Positions 48,975 to 60,000 of a DNA stretch of 64,000 nucleotides are shown one piece after another. Origin of the DNA: Flavobacteriales bacterium (lineage in GTDB: Bacteria; Bacteroidota; Bacteroidia; M30B66); NCBI GenBank assembly GCA_040403315.1, contig JBBAKX010000002.1, positions 377,944-441,943 on the forward strand. The letters run 5' to 3'. Made by a program: the position numbers and the translations under genes. A model generated the notes under the pieces. It did not search any database, was not told the DNA's origin, and saw nothing but the letters and a program-made list of their open reading frames with translations. Position 1 is the first letter of the stretch. Every line of letters begins with the position of its first letter.

Positions 48975-50405
48975 TTGACCAAGCGCGACTTTATCGACTT
49001 GCTTTGCCGAAACCTCGGACACCAGCCTACCAGCGGGCAATTGCGCCTATTTAACCTACTCACCGATTTTCTGGCAACCCAAGAAAAAGACCGCGTATTT
49101 CTGCTCCGAGGCTATGCTGGTACTGGAAAAACGAGCATTGTAAAAGCGCTAGTTAAGACCTTTCCTTCTACACAACTCAAAACCCAGCTGCTTGCTCCAA
49201 CAGGCCGCGCTGCCAAAGTACTTGCAGCTTATTCTGGTCAGCCAGCATACACCATTCACAAGCGGATTTACTTCACGCAAACGGGCGACTTAGGCATGCA
49301 TTTCAGCTTGCAACGAAACTTGTTTAAGAAAACGCTCTTCATAGTAGATGAGGCATCGATGATTGGTGGTGAGAATTCCGATTCGGAACACAATCTCCTC
49401 GCCGACCTCATCGAATACGTTATGAGTGGAGATGATTGCCGCTTGATGCTCATCGGCGACAATGCACAGCTTCCGCCGGTAGGCTTAGAAGATAGTCCGG
49501 CGATTGATAAATCCTTCCTTGAACGAAACCATTACCTTAAAGTAACTGAAACGCTGCTCGATGAGGTGGTTCGACAAGGTGAAGATTCAGGCATTTTATG
49601 GAATGCCACCAAAATCCGCGACCAATTGAATTCGGGTGAAAATGTGTTCCCAAATCTCCGCACGAAAGAGTTTCCAGATGTTTTTCGCATCACGGGGCAA
49701 GATTTAGAAGATCATCTGAATTTCGCCTTCGGCAGATACGGAGCCGAGGAAGTGCTTGTGGTTACACGTTCGAACAAAAATGCGGGTTTGTATAACCGTC
49801 AAATCAGGGCACGAATTCATTGGCAGGAGGAAGAAATTGCCAACGGCGACCACTTGATGATTGTTCGAAACAACTATTTCTGGCTGCCCGAAGAGTCGAA
49901 ACAAGGCTTTATAGCGAATGGAGATACGGCAGAAGTCCTCAAATTGGGCAAGCGCTACACGAAAGGAAATTATCGTTTCGCGGATGCTCAGATTCGTTTC
50001 GTGGATTATCCCGAACAGGCCGAAACCGATGTGCGCTTGCTGCTTAACACCCTCGATTCTACGCAAGCCAACCTCAGTTACACCGAGCAAAAAGAAATCT
50101 ATGCGCTCGTAGAAGAAGATTATCTCGATGTTCCTTTAAAAATTGATCGCCGCAAAAAACTCAAGCAAGATCCATTCATTAACGCGCTTCAGGTGAAATT
50201 TGCATACGCGGTAACTTGTCACAAAGCTCAAGGTGGACAATGGAAATGTGTGTTTGTTGACCAAGGATTTCTGCAAGATGATATGCTCGACAAAAGCTTT
50301 TTACGTTGGTTATACACGGCTGTAACCCGCGCGACAGAAAGACTTTATCTTGTGAATTTCAGCAAAGAGTTCTTTCCCGACGAAGAAACCGAAACCTTTT
50401 ATTGA
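48975..50405 (+). CDS. RecD-like SF1 ATP-dependent DNA helicase
   Basis: GYAGTGKT, APTGRAAK, DEASM, GDNAQLPPV, VRQ, TCHKAQGGQW, YTAVTRA. TTG start at 48975 after TATCTTTG (48941-48948). Confidence 0.92.
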   Translation: MTKRDFIDLLCRNLGHQPTSGQLRLFNLLTDFLATQEKDRVFLLRGYAGTGKTSIVKALVKTFPSTQLKTQLLAPTGRAAKVLAAYSGQPAYTIHKRIYFTQTGDLGMHFSLQRNLFKKTLFIVDEASMIGGENSDSEHNLLADLIEYVMSGDDCRLMLIGDNAQLPPVGLEDSPAIDKSFLERNHYLKVTETLLDEVVRQGEDSGILWNATKIRDQLNSGENVFPNLRTKEFPDVFRITGQDLEDHLNFAFGRYGAEEVLVVTRSNKNAGLYNRQIRARIHWQEEEIANGDHLMIVRNNYFWLPEESKQGFIANGDTAEVLKLGKRYTKGNYRFADAQIRFVDYPEQAETDVRLLLNTLDSTQANLSYTEQKEIYALVEEDYLDVPLKIDRRKKLKQDPFINALQVKFAYAVTCHKAQGGQWKCVFVDQGFLQDDMLDKSFLRWLYTAVTRATERLYLVNFSKEFFPDEETETFY

Positions 50406-50423
50406 CCACTTAATGGCATTCGT

Positions 50424-50431
50424 TACTTTTG
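50424..50431 (+). promoter_or_regulatory. -7 element 4 nt before the porin ATG
   Basis: TACTTTTG-CGCG-ATG. Confidence 0.6.
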
Positions 50432-50435
50432 CGCG

Positions 50436-52358
50436 ATGAGAATTTTGATGATCTGCTTATTGCTTTTCCTTCCGGGGATAAATTACGCTCAGCTCAAGCA
50501 GATGAACATGAATCAGAATTCGGGCAGCAGTGGCTTCGATTCGACAGGTGTTTCTCGGGATTCATCGAACGTACAATTCACCAGTTTGGCATTTACTGAA
50601 CAAGGAAGCGGCATGATGCAGCGGGAATCTTATTCGCTCGATCGCTTTCAATTGTATCAGCCATTTTACCGTTCACAACTTATTAATACGAGTTTAGGAA
50701 ACAATGGAAATGCATTTCAAAATCTCATTTACAATCCGAGCTTTAACCGAGGGTTGAATTGGGGTTTTCGAACGTTCTCAGCGTATACATTTCAACCAGA
50801 AAATCAGATTTTCTACGATGCACAATCGCCCTTCACCAAAGCGATGTATATGCAAGGCAGCAAACAAGAAAATTACTTCACTTTGCTGCATACCCAAAAC
50901 ATTGGAAAATCGCTAAATTTTGGCATTGATTACCAACGGGTAAATTCTGAAGGATTCTTTACTCGATCAACAGCTGCGCATTCTGCGATTCGGGCACACA
51001 TGTGGCTGAGACCACAAAAAAGCCGTTATCAAGCAATGTTGGGCTTGGTTTATCACAACGGGGCGAGTCAAGAAAACGGAGGCTTAACAGCCGAAGGAGA
51101 TAGTTTATTTAGAAGCCGTTCGATCGATAACCAGAAACTGTATCCTGTTCATTTGCAAGATGCCAAAAACAATGTTTTTCAAAATGGTGTGGTTCTCCGT
51201 CAAACCTACGATTTGGTATCAAAAAGAAACGATTCACTCCAAAGTAAAGGTGGAATTTTACGCTTGCAACACACTGCCATTTACGGATTTAACCGGCATG
51301 CGTATTTCGATGAATCGCCCGATTCGGCATTTTATGGCGGGTATGTGTCGTCGGGTATAAACTTCACCGCGTGGATGCAACGCCGTGTGGTTTCAGAGTC
51401 GGCATTGTTGCGATTGAGCACACGGCCCGATACTGGAAGTCTGGTAAAAACAGAATACAAAGCCTTTGTTCGGCAACAGTGGATTGATTTGGAATCTACA
51501 CCAGCAGTCGGAATAGATTCTTTGAAATTCAACACCTTGAACCAAAGTGTAGGTGGATTTTTCAGACTTCGCAACAAGAGCATCAACCTATTTGCAGAAG
51601 CAGAAGCATTTTTTGCAGGCTATAATGCTGGCGACTTGAAGCTTTCGGGGCAGCTTATTGTTCAACCTAGAAAAAACATAATGCTTATTGCTGGCTTGGA
51701 GAGTTTTAGTCAAGAAGCAGATTACCAATTGCAGCGTTTTGTATCCAATTTCAAGACTTGGAACAATGATTTTTCAAAGATCAATCACCTCAGATTTTCT
51801 GGCGATTTGCACTTTTCGAAATTGAACTTAACACTTGGTGCATCGAACCAAACTACGGGCAATTTCATTTATGCTGATTCTACTGGAATTCCGAAGCAAA
51901 CCTCAACAGTGATGAATGTTTTGTCATTTTCGTTGAAGCACCAAATTCGATTCTGGAAATTTCATTTGCACTCTAGTGCTTTGTATCAACAAGTAAGTAA
52001 TACCGAATTGTTACGTCTGCCTGAAGTTCAATTTCAAGAGAATTTCTTTTTTGAATCGATGATTAAAAGAAGCAAAACCACGATTCGCTTGGGAATCGAC
52101 CTTATGGGTTGTAAAGCATTTGCTTCGAATGGCTACTTGCCCTACAGTGGATTATTTTATTTGCAAAGTGTAGGTCAAAACACAGGCCTATTGCAAGCCG
52201 ACTTTTATTTAAGTGCTAAAATTCGCAGAGTGCGCATATTTGCAAAAGCCGAAAATGCGAGTTATCGATTAACGCCAGAAGATTACCAATTAATAAATGA
52301 TCGCCCATTAAGCGGTAGATCATTGAAGTTCGGGTTTAGTTGGGTGTTTTTTGATTAG
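50436..52358 (+). CDS. Putative outer-membrane beta-barrel ('putative porin', Porin_10-like)
   Basis: LGNNG, HTQN, S.G.F, ENGG, C-terminal KFGFSWVFFD. Confidence 0.82.
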   Translation: MRILMICLLLFLPGINYAQLKQMNMNQNSGSSGFDSTGVSRDSSNVQFTSLAFTEQGSGMMQRESYSLDRFQLYQPFYRSQLINTSLGNNGNAFQNLIYNPSFNRGLNWGFRTFSAYTFQPENQIFYDAQSPFTKAMYMQGSKQENYFTLLHTQNIGKSLNFGIDYQRVNSEGFFTRSTAAHSAIRAHMWLRPQKSRYQAMLGLVYHNGASQENGGLTAEGDSLFRSRSIDNQKLYPVHLQDAKNNVFQNGVVLRQTYDLVSKRNDSLQSKGGILRLQHTAIYGFNRHAYFDESPDSAFYGGYVSSGINFTAWMQRRVVSESALLRLSTRPDTGSLVKTEYKAFVRQQWIDLESTPAVGIDSLKFNTLNQSVGGFFRLRNKSINLFAEAEAFFAGYNAGDLKLSGQLIVQPRKNIMLIAGLESFSQEADYQLQRFVSNFKTWNNDFSKINHLRFSGDLHFSKLNLTLGASNQTTGNFIYADSTGIPKQTSTVMNVLSFSLKHQIRFWKFHLHSSALYQQVSNTELLRLPEVQFQENFFFESMIKRSKTTIRLGIDLMGCKAFASNGYLPYSGLFYLQSVGQNTGLLQADFYLSAKIRRVRIFAKAENASYRLTPEDYQLINDRPLSGRSLKFGFSWVFFD

Positions 52359-52460
52359 AAAAAGCAAAAAAGGAGTATCAAAAAGACAATCTCAACTAAC
52401 TTCTCAACATCCCTTTCAATTGATAATGATTAGATTATTTTTGCCTCAAATAATCTGAAC

Positions 52461-54614
52461 ATGAAAAGATTAATACTAACTATTTCAATTGCTGTAGCTT
52501 CAATTTCTGCTAACGCACAACTTACGCCTGGAGCGATTGCTTTTCTAGGTTTTCAAGCGGATGCACCAGATGCATTTGCTTTTGTTACCCTTCAGGATTT
52601 TGCGGCTGGCGATTCGATATTTATTACCGACAATGGCTGGAATGGATCAGCATTTTTAAACAACGAAAACACCATGAGTTGGAAGGCCGACGTGTTTGTT
52701 CCTGCTTCTACAGTTATTCGTATTCAAGACCCTAATGATGGAGCAATTCCAAATGCTCTTATTGTAGGGCCTGGTGTTACTAGAGGAAAACATACAGGTC
52801 TTGCTATATCAGGCGACCAATTGTTTGCTTATATTCTCGGTGCAGGAGGCACACAAATTCCATTGGCAGGATTTTCAACCAATGGATTTCTAGCAGTATG
52901 CAATACTTCCGGACTTGGAAACTCAACAAGTTCTTGTCTTCCATCGAATTTAACACTTGGAACCACAGCCATTCAATTAAACACAGACGCTCCAGGCGGA
53001 ACCAATCCCAACAATGCTTTTTTCAATATCCCAATTGTAACAGGCACGGCTTCTGAAATTCAGGCACTCGTGAATAATCCTAGCAATTGGACTACAAACG
53101 AAGATTTTCTGGTTGCTGGTTACAACCAATGGCCAGCCTGGAATTTCAATATTGGCATCGCTGAACCATCGGTAGTGAACTTTGCAGTATCTGCTGTAAG
53201 CATCACAGAAGGTGGAAACCCAGTTAATGTGAACTTCTCAATCAATCCAGCCCTGATTGTTCCTAAAAACATCGCCATTCAGGTAGGTATTTCTGGAGCG
53301 GTTACTGCGAACGATATCGTCACAAACCCAGCGCAAAATAATGGTTTGGTTAATGTAACAATCCCAGCCAATGTAACCAGTTTCTCATTTAGCATTGGCG
53401 CAGTTGCCAGCGATGGCATAGAAGGCGACGAACTCACTTCTATCTCTATCGCATCAACCGATGCAGGAATCAATATAGGTCCCGATAACTTCATCAACAT
53501 GGAAATTATCGAGGATCTCAACACTAGCTTTGTTTCTTTCCCAATTGGAAATTCTTCCTACAATTTAATTGAAGGAGAAACACTCACACTCGATTTTGTT
53601 ATTAGTCCAGTAAATGCCTCCGAATCAACATTTAGCATCGAAATCATTGCTGGTATTGGCATCGACCAAAACGACTACACCAGCACACCTCAAGAAGCTG
53701 GTGGATTAATTACTTTCACAGTACCGGCAGGTCAATCATCGGTGCAAGTATCAATTTTATTGAACGACGACCTAGAAGTTGAAGACCTAGAATCTATGCA
53801 ATTGAACTTGGTTAACCTTTCAGGAAATTTCTCGTTCGGCGTATTGAGCTCAATCACGGTTAACATTACCGACAACGATGTTCCTGTGAACTTCCCAACC
53901 TTGTTTATCAATGAGTTGATGTCGGCCAACACAGTTACATTTATCGACAACGACAACCTTCCTGACGATTGGATAGAGATTTACAATGCAGGTACCGAAA
54001 CTCTTGATTTGGCTGGGTTATTCATGACCGACGATATTCAAAATCCTGGCAAACATCAATTCGCGACCGGTTTCCCTGATGAAACAACAATTCTTCCTGG
54101 AGGATTCAAAATTATTTGGGCCGACGACAGTCTTTCTCAAGGTCCAATGCACGTGAATTTCACATTGCCTTCAACAGGAGGATTCATCGGCTTGTACCAA
54201 GAAACTAATGGTGGTTCAGGAACATTTTTCGTTAATGTTGACTCTATTACTTATCCACAACTTGCACTCGACAAAAGCTATGGCAGAGCGCAAGATGGCG
54301 AACTTCCTTGGGTCATTTTTAATAGCACAACACCATCAACCAGCAACGGGGAAATTGTAACTATTGAAAATTCAGCAACACAAACCTTGATTGCCTTTCC
54401 TAACCCTGTTCAAAGTAACTTAAACATCCAACTTGTGTCTGCAGAAAGTTCTGTGATCAAGGTTCATGATGTGACAGGTCGTTTGGTTTGGTCTAAAGAA
54501 TCTACACAAGACCTGATCAACATCGAAACATCCAATTGGGAAAATGGAACCTACATTGTTGATGTATTGCAAGATTCAAAACGAATAGCTTTGAAGATTC
54601 AGGTGATTCGTTAG
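52461..54614 (+). CDS. T9SS type A cargo: N-terminal domain, 2x Calx-beta-like, lamin-tail domain (LTD), CTD
   Basis: Signal peptide, PGAIAFLGF..TDNGW, DD..VE..E Calx-beta motifs, INELMSAN..DWIEIYN..SYGR, AFPNPV CTD. Confidence 0.85.
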   Translation: MKRLILTISIAVASISANAQLTPGAIAFLGFQADAPDAFAFVTLQDFAAGDSIFITDNGWNGSAFLNNENTMSWKADVFVPASTVIRIQDPNDGAIPNALIVGPGVTRGKHTGLAISGDQLFAYILGAGGTQIPLAGFSTNGFLAVCNTSGLGNSTSSCLPSNLTLGTTAIQLNTDAPGGTNPNNAFFNIPIVTGTASEIQALVNNPSNWTTNEDFLVAGYNQWPAWNFNIGIAEPSVVNFAVSAVSITEGGNPVNVNFSINPALIVPKNIAIQVGISGAVTANDIVTNPAQNNGLVNVTIPANVTSFSFSIGAVASDGIEGDELTSISIASTDAGINIGPDNFINMEIIEDLNTSFVSFPIGNSSYNLIEGETLTLDFVISPVNASESTFSIEIIAGIGIDQNDYTSTPQEAGGLITFTVPAGQSSVQVSILLNDDLEVEDLESMQLNLVNLSGNFSFGVLSSITVNITDNDVPVNFPTLFINELMSANTVTFIDNDNLPDDWIEIYNAGTETLDLAGLFMTDDIQNPGKHQFATGFPDETTILPGGFKIIWADDSLSQGPMHVNFTLPSTGGFIGLYQETNGGSGTFFVNVDSITYPQLALDKSYGRAQDGELPWVIFNSTTPSTSNGEIVTIENSATQTLIAFPNPVQSNLNIQLVSAESSVIKVHDVTGRLVWSKESTQDLINIETSNWENGTYIVDVLQDSKRIALKIQVIR

Positions 54615-54635
54615 AACATAATTTATTAAATGATT

Positions 54636-54669
54636 AAAGGTGATTTCTGAGCGAGATCACCTTTTTTTT
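54636..54669 (+). terminator. Intrinsic terminator
   Basis: AAAGGTGAT..ATCACC-TTTTTTTT. Confidence 0.8.
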
Positions 54670-54784
54670 ATGGAACCGATAAAGCCAATCGTTCTGTTAA
54701 CTTTGTAGTTCTTATTGAAAAACTTCGATTCTGCAACTCAAAATCTTGAATTGCTATGAATACGGGCTTTCGAAAACTAACATC

Positions 54785-56941
54785 ATGCGCAATTTTATTA
54801 CGGTTATACTATTAATTATCGTTTCAATTTGTAAATTAAATGCACAAACACTTCCTCCGGGAGCAGTTGCATTTATTGGCTTTCAAAGCGACCAACCCAT
54901 TTCATTTGCATTCGTAAACCTGGTTGATTTGGAACCCAATTCCTCCATTTCGTTTACAGACAATAAATGGGGTTTCGACCATCTTGTTACATCCGAGCAA
55001 ACAGTTATCTGGACTAGCCCCGACACCCTTTTGCCAACTGGAACCATTATCCAATTGCAAGACAACGGAAGCGAGAACATGCAAGTAATTGGCGCTGGAT
55101 CAACCATTGGCAGATTGTATATTATGGGTGGGCAGGGCGATCAAATTTTGGCCTATACTGGTTTGGAAACTGATCCGTCATTTATCGCTGGGATTAGCAA
55201 TAGTAATTGGCAAGAAACCTGCGATTCACTTACATTTTTTCAATTCAGAACTTGCCTTCCCGAACCGCTCGAAAATGGTGTTACGGCAATTTCCTTCACC
55301 AACAGTCAGTCGTATAACGTCGACAACGGCTACTTTTCAATAACACCATTTCAAGCAACTGGGCTTGATATGCTCACCATCATTAACAATGTAAATTATT
55401 GGTTCATGGATAACGCCGGTGCCGGCGGATTTGGCAATTGGCCTAACTGGGAAGAAGGGAGCTCACAACCGTTTCCATCTTTGATTGAATTTTCTCAAGA
55501 CAGCTATTCGATTCTAGAAGGAGGAAGCCAAGCTACCATCACTTTGAGCTTAATTGCCGCTCAATTCACGCCTCAAACTGTTGTCATCAATGCGATTGGC
55601 TTCCCAGGAATAACCTCAACCGATTACAATACGGTTCCTGGGCTAAACAACGGAAATATCACCCTCGACATTCCTGCAAATGCTACAGAAATTAGCTTTA
55701 GCGTTCAAGCATTGCTCGATGGGTTTGGAGAGCTTGACGAGAACATCACCCTTACAATCGGTGCACTTTCGGGAGGTTTGATTCCTGGCAATCAAGACAA
55801 TACACAAGTCACAATAATTAACACAGACCAAATATTCTCACAAATCAACTTCGACGCCGACACGCTGTACATCACAGAAGGTGCAGGTCCTATCAATATT
55901 GGTTTAAACATCAATCCAGCAGTTGCGGCATCTTACATAGCGGTCATAACTGCTTTCAATGGACCGAGCGTCCAAACTGACTACTTTACCACCCCTACAC
56001 TAGGGAATTCACAAATGCTACTGCAATCTACTATCAATCAAGGCAATCTGAGCTTTAACTTAAATACCTACAACGACTTTTTGATTGAAGCCGATGAAGT
56101 GGTTCGATTTACCATCACAACCGTTTCCACAGGACTTCAAATTGGTACTACCAGCAGTGTTGTTGTGATCATTCTTGACAACGACAATGAACCAACAGTG
56201 TATATTCCAGAGTTATTTCTCAACGAATTGTGCTCAATAAACAATAGCTATCCAGATCCTAACCAGCAATTAGATGATTGGATTGAATTGTTTAATGCAG
56301 ATACATCTATCTTAAACTTGGCGGGATTAAAAATCACGAACAACTTGAGTAATCCGGGATTGTTTACCTTTCCTTCGGTGATGAGCCAAACTACCATGCA
56401 ACCTGGGAGTTTCAAGGTACTTTGGGCAGACCAGAACACCACACAAGGACCATTGCACCTGAACTTCACGTTGAGCGAAACCAATGGAGGAACCATCGGA
56501 CTTTATGCCCAAGATGGTGAAACATTAATCGACCAAATTACCTATCCTCCTTTGCTGCCAGGAACCACTTATGGACGTTATTTAGATGGCAATTCAAATT
56601 GGAAACTACTCTTCTACCCTACTCCAGGCGCTCCGAATTCAGATAGCATTCCTGAAGTCGGTTTACATCCTGGACTAGAAAGCAACAATGGGTACTTTTC
56701 GGTTTTTCCTAATCCTGCAACCGATATCATTCAAGTGTTAAAAGTAGGTTCATCTAACGAGGAAGTTACAAGCATTCAGCTTTTCGATTTACAAGGAAAG
56801 TCCGTGTTAACTAAGATTGAAATGATTAAGCCCAACAAATATTGGTCGGTCGATTGTAGCACACTTCAAACAGGAGTTTATCTGATTGGCATCAATACAG
56901 CCAAAAACCATTCTTCGATAAAGTTTCTTCTACAACAATAA
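54785..56941 (+). CDS. T9SS type A cargo, paralog of the previous gene (Calx-beta x2, LTD, CTD)
   Basis: PGAVAFIGF..TDNKW, LNELCSIN..DWIELFN..TYGR, VFPNPA. Start set at ATG 54785. Confidence 0.85.
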   Translation: MRNFITVILLIIVSICKLNAQTLPPGAVAFIGFQSDQPISFAFVNLVDLEPNSSISFTDNKWGFDHLVTSEQTVIWTSPDTLLPTGTIIQLQDNGSENMQVIGAGSTIGRLYIMGGQGDQILAYTGLETDPSFIAGISNSNWQETCDSLTFFQFRTCLPEPLENGVTAISFTNSQSYNVDNGYFSITPFQATGLDMLTIINNVNYWFMDNAGAGGFGNWPNWEEGSSQPFPSLIEFSQDSYSILEGGSQATITLSLIAAQFTPQTVVINAIGFPGITSTDYNTVPGLNNGNITLDIPANATEISFSVQALLDGFGELDENITLTIGALSGGLIPGNQDNTQVTIINTDQIFSQINFDADTLYITEGAGPINIGLNINPAVAASYIAVITAFNGPSVQTDYFTTPTLGNSQMLLQSTINQGNLSFNLNTYNDFLIEADEVVRFTITTVSTGLQIGTTSSVVVIILDNDNEPTVYIPELFLNELCSINNSYPDPNQQLDDWIELFNADTSILNLAGLKITNNLSNPGLFTFPSVMSQTTMQPGSFKVLWADQNTTQGPLHLNFTLSETNGGTIGLYAQDGETLIDQITYPPLLPGTTYGRYLDGNSNWKLLFYPTPGAPNSDSIPEVGLHPGLESNNGYFSVFPNPATDIIQVLKVGSSNEEVTSIQLFDLQGKSVLTKIEMIKPNKYWSVDCSTLQTGVYLIGINTAKNHSSIKFLLQQ

Positions 56942-57031
56942 CATTCACATTTTCAGAACATTTTATTAACCCAGAATGTAACTGATTCTAAAGTGATAAA
57001 CCCTTAACTTTGCGCCGTTGTTCCGAGCTGA

Positions 57032-60000
57032 GTGAAATTACTACTTCACAATGTTTTACTATGTACTTTCCTGACTTCAGCTTTTACGCTGAAAAGTCAG
57101 ACGACCACCTCGTGCTTTGAAGTTGAATCTTTTTTAGTTGATGCCTGCGGTTCTGGTGCAGATGAAGGTCTCAATGAAATGGTGCAGATCTTAACAGGTC
57201 CCAATCCATTGGATATTAGCGACTTTGATGTTCAATGGCCGAATACATTCAATTCATTCCAAGGGTTTTGCCAGAATGGTGCAACCTTAGGTATAACTGC
57301 TACAATTAATGCTTCTATAACTGGTTGTGGATCGGTGACTGAACCTCCAGGTGGAATTATCCCTGCAAATGCGACTGTTGTTATTATCACTTCTTCTGCA
57401 TTTGATCCATTGATTCATCCCTTCAACAATTTAAATGAAGATATATATGTCGTCTATCAATGTGGTTCTGTATCAGGTGGTAATTTTGGAAACTCGAGTG
57501 CAAGTAACCCAAGTAATCCTCGAACATTAACAATCAGCTACAATGGGCCATCAGGAATCTGCGATGATATTGTATCATATGTTCCTGCTTCATTAATTGG
57601 AACAGATGGAGCCTTGGTTTCATTTGACTTTGCAGGAAATCCAACCTATTCCAACAACGGCTGCCAAGGCCTTTTAGAAATCCTAGATCCAACCTGGACG
57701 CCACCATCAGCCATTTGCGATAACGAACCAGCATTCGATTTATTCGATCTCCTTACCGGAACACCTGGAGGAACATGGTCGGGAACAGGTGTTACTGGAA
57801 GCATTTTCAATCCTACAGGTTTAAGTGGCAACATTCAAATCACCTACACACTCACACCAACAGGATGTGCGAGTCCAGTTACTGAAACCCATCCCATTAC
57901 TATCAATCTAACAGGAAACGCAACATGGACAATCCCATCGCCCATTTGCACAGGAGCTGGACTATTCGATTTGAATACACTCATCACGGGAACAACCGGA
58001 GGAATTTGGTCGGGATTTGGTGTTTCGGGAAGCAATTTTGATCCAGCTGGATTGAATGGAGATTACGCGATTACATACACTGCAGGAACCGGAACTTGTG
58101 GTGAGGCGTTTACTCAAAACATTACCGTTGTTTTAGCTTCGAATGCGTCGTGGACACCTCAAACTCCAGTTTGTGAAGGAGATTTAGACATCGATTTGGC
58201 CACATTGTTACTCGGAACTGCTGGTGGAACATGGACAGGAACAGGCGTAACAGGCACTGCATTCGATCCGAGTGGATTAAGCGGAAACATCGCAATTACC
58301 TACACGGTAGGAACTGGAGCTTGCCAACAAATAAGCACACAGAATATAAATGTGCTTTCTATAGCAGACGCAAGTTGGACAGTTCCACCGCCGGTTTGTA
58401 GCGGTGCAGCAATAATAGATCTATCGTTATTGGTTACAGGAACTTCAGGTGGAATTTGGTCTGGATCAGGTATGACGGGAGTTAATTTCAATCCTGCAGG
58501 AATTAGTGGTTTGATTGCAGTAACATACACTGTTGGATCAGGAAACTGCGCATCAACAAATACACAAAACATCACTGTAAACTCAGGACCTGATCCGTCG
58601 TGGAATTTTGCATCACCCAATATTTGTGAAAATGCCGCACCAATCGATCTTATGACTTTGGTGACTGGTTTAACAGGCGGAACGTTCACTGGAACAGGTG
58701 TGACTGCTGGCTTTTTCAATCCTACAGGGTTGAACGGAAGTTACACCATTGTCTACGAGGTTATTCAAAATGGCTGTCTTTCAACAATAAGCAGAAGCAT
58801 CAGCGTGGTAACTTTACCTGATCCGTCGTGGAATACACCAGCAACACTTTGCGAAACAGATGCGGCAATCAGCTTGGTTGGTTTGATTACAGGAACAACA
58901 GGAGGATCATGGTCTGGAACAGGCGTAACGGGCTCAAGTTTCAATCCGGTTGGCCAAAATGGAAACGTCAATGTTACCTATACAGTTGGAGGAACGGGCT
59001 GCAATGCTTCTGAAACCAATGCTATTTCGGTGAGTCAAAGTCCGCCGGTGGTTACATTAACTGGCGATTTAACCTATTGCGCTAATGGAACAGTGCCTAC
59101 ATGGTCGGCCGCAGGTGCATTCACAATTCGTTGGTATTCAGATGCAGGATTGTTGAATTTAGTAGGCACGGGAGCTTCATTTACAGCACCTACAAATCCA
59201 AACCCAGCAACATACTATGTAGTTCAAAATGATGGTGTTTGCAATAGCTCACCTTCGAACATTACACTTACACCTATTCAAATCCCTGCTGTTCCAATTG
59301 TAGATGAAATAACCATTTGGTGCGAAGGAACCACTATCCCAACACTCTATGCTTTTGCGAACAATACCATCGTTTGGTACAATGACATTAACATCACCAA
59401 TACAGTGCACACTGGTCCAGTTTTTACACCTAATTCTACCGACGGCTTAGTGTTTTGGGTAAGAGCCGAAAGCAATACGTGTTTAAGTGATACTGTGAGA
59501 GGTGTTATCGTAGAGATCCAAAATATTACTGCTGAAATACTTGGGAACGACACTGTATCGGCTTGTTTGCCTGTATCGTTAAAATTGATTTCAGCAGACA
59601 GTATCAATAATTTTTGGTCGACCGGTTCATTAGACACTAGCATCTATGTGTCGAGAGCTGGCATGTATTACCTCAACAGAACAGGGATTTGCAACATAGC
59701 CGAAGACAGTGTTTACGTTGAAGATTTATCGTTCAATGCACTTTTTGAAGTAGGAAATACGGAAGGATTTGCACCTTTAAACGTTCCAATGGTTTACACA
59801 GGTTCGGAAGCAAGCCTTTGCACTTGGTACATTGATGGTGTAGAAACCACTCCAAATTTCGATGGAAGCTTGTTGTTTCCCTTGGATACTATTTACACCG
59901 TTTTGCTAGAATGCGAAAATGAAGCGGGATGTAAATCGAAGGCCGAAAAGGAAGTTAATATCGGAAACATTCAATTGTTGCTTCCCAATACTTTTACACC

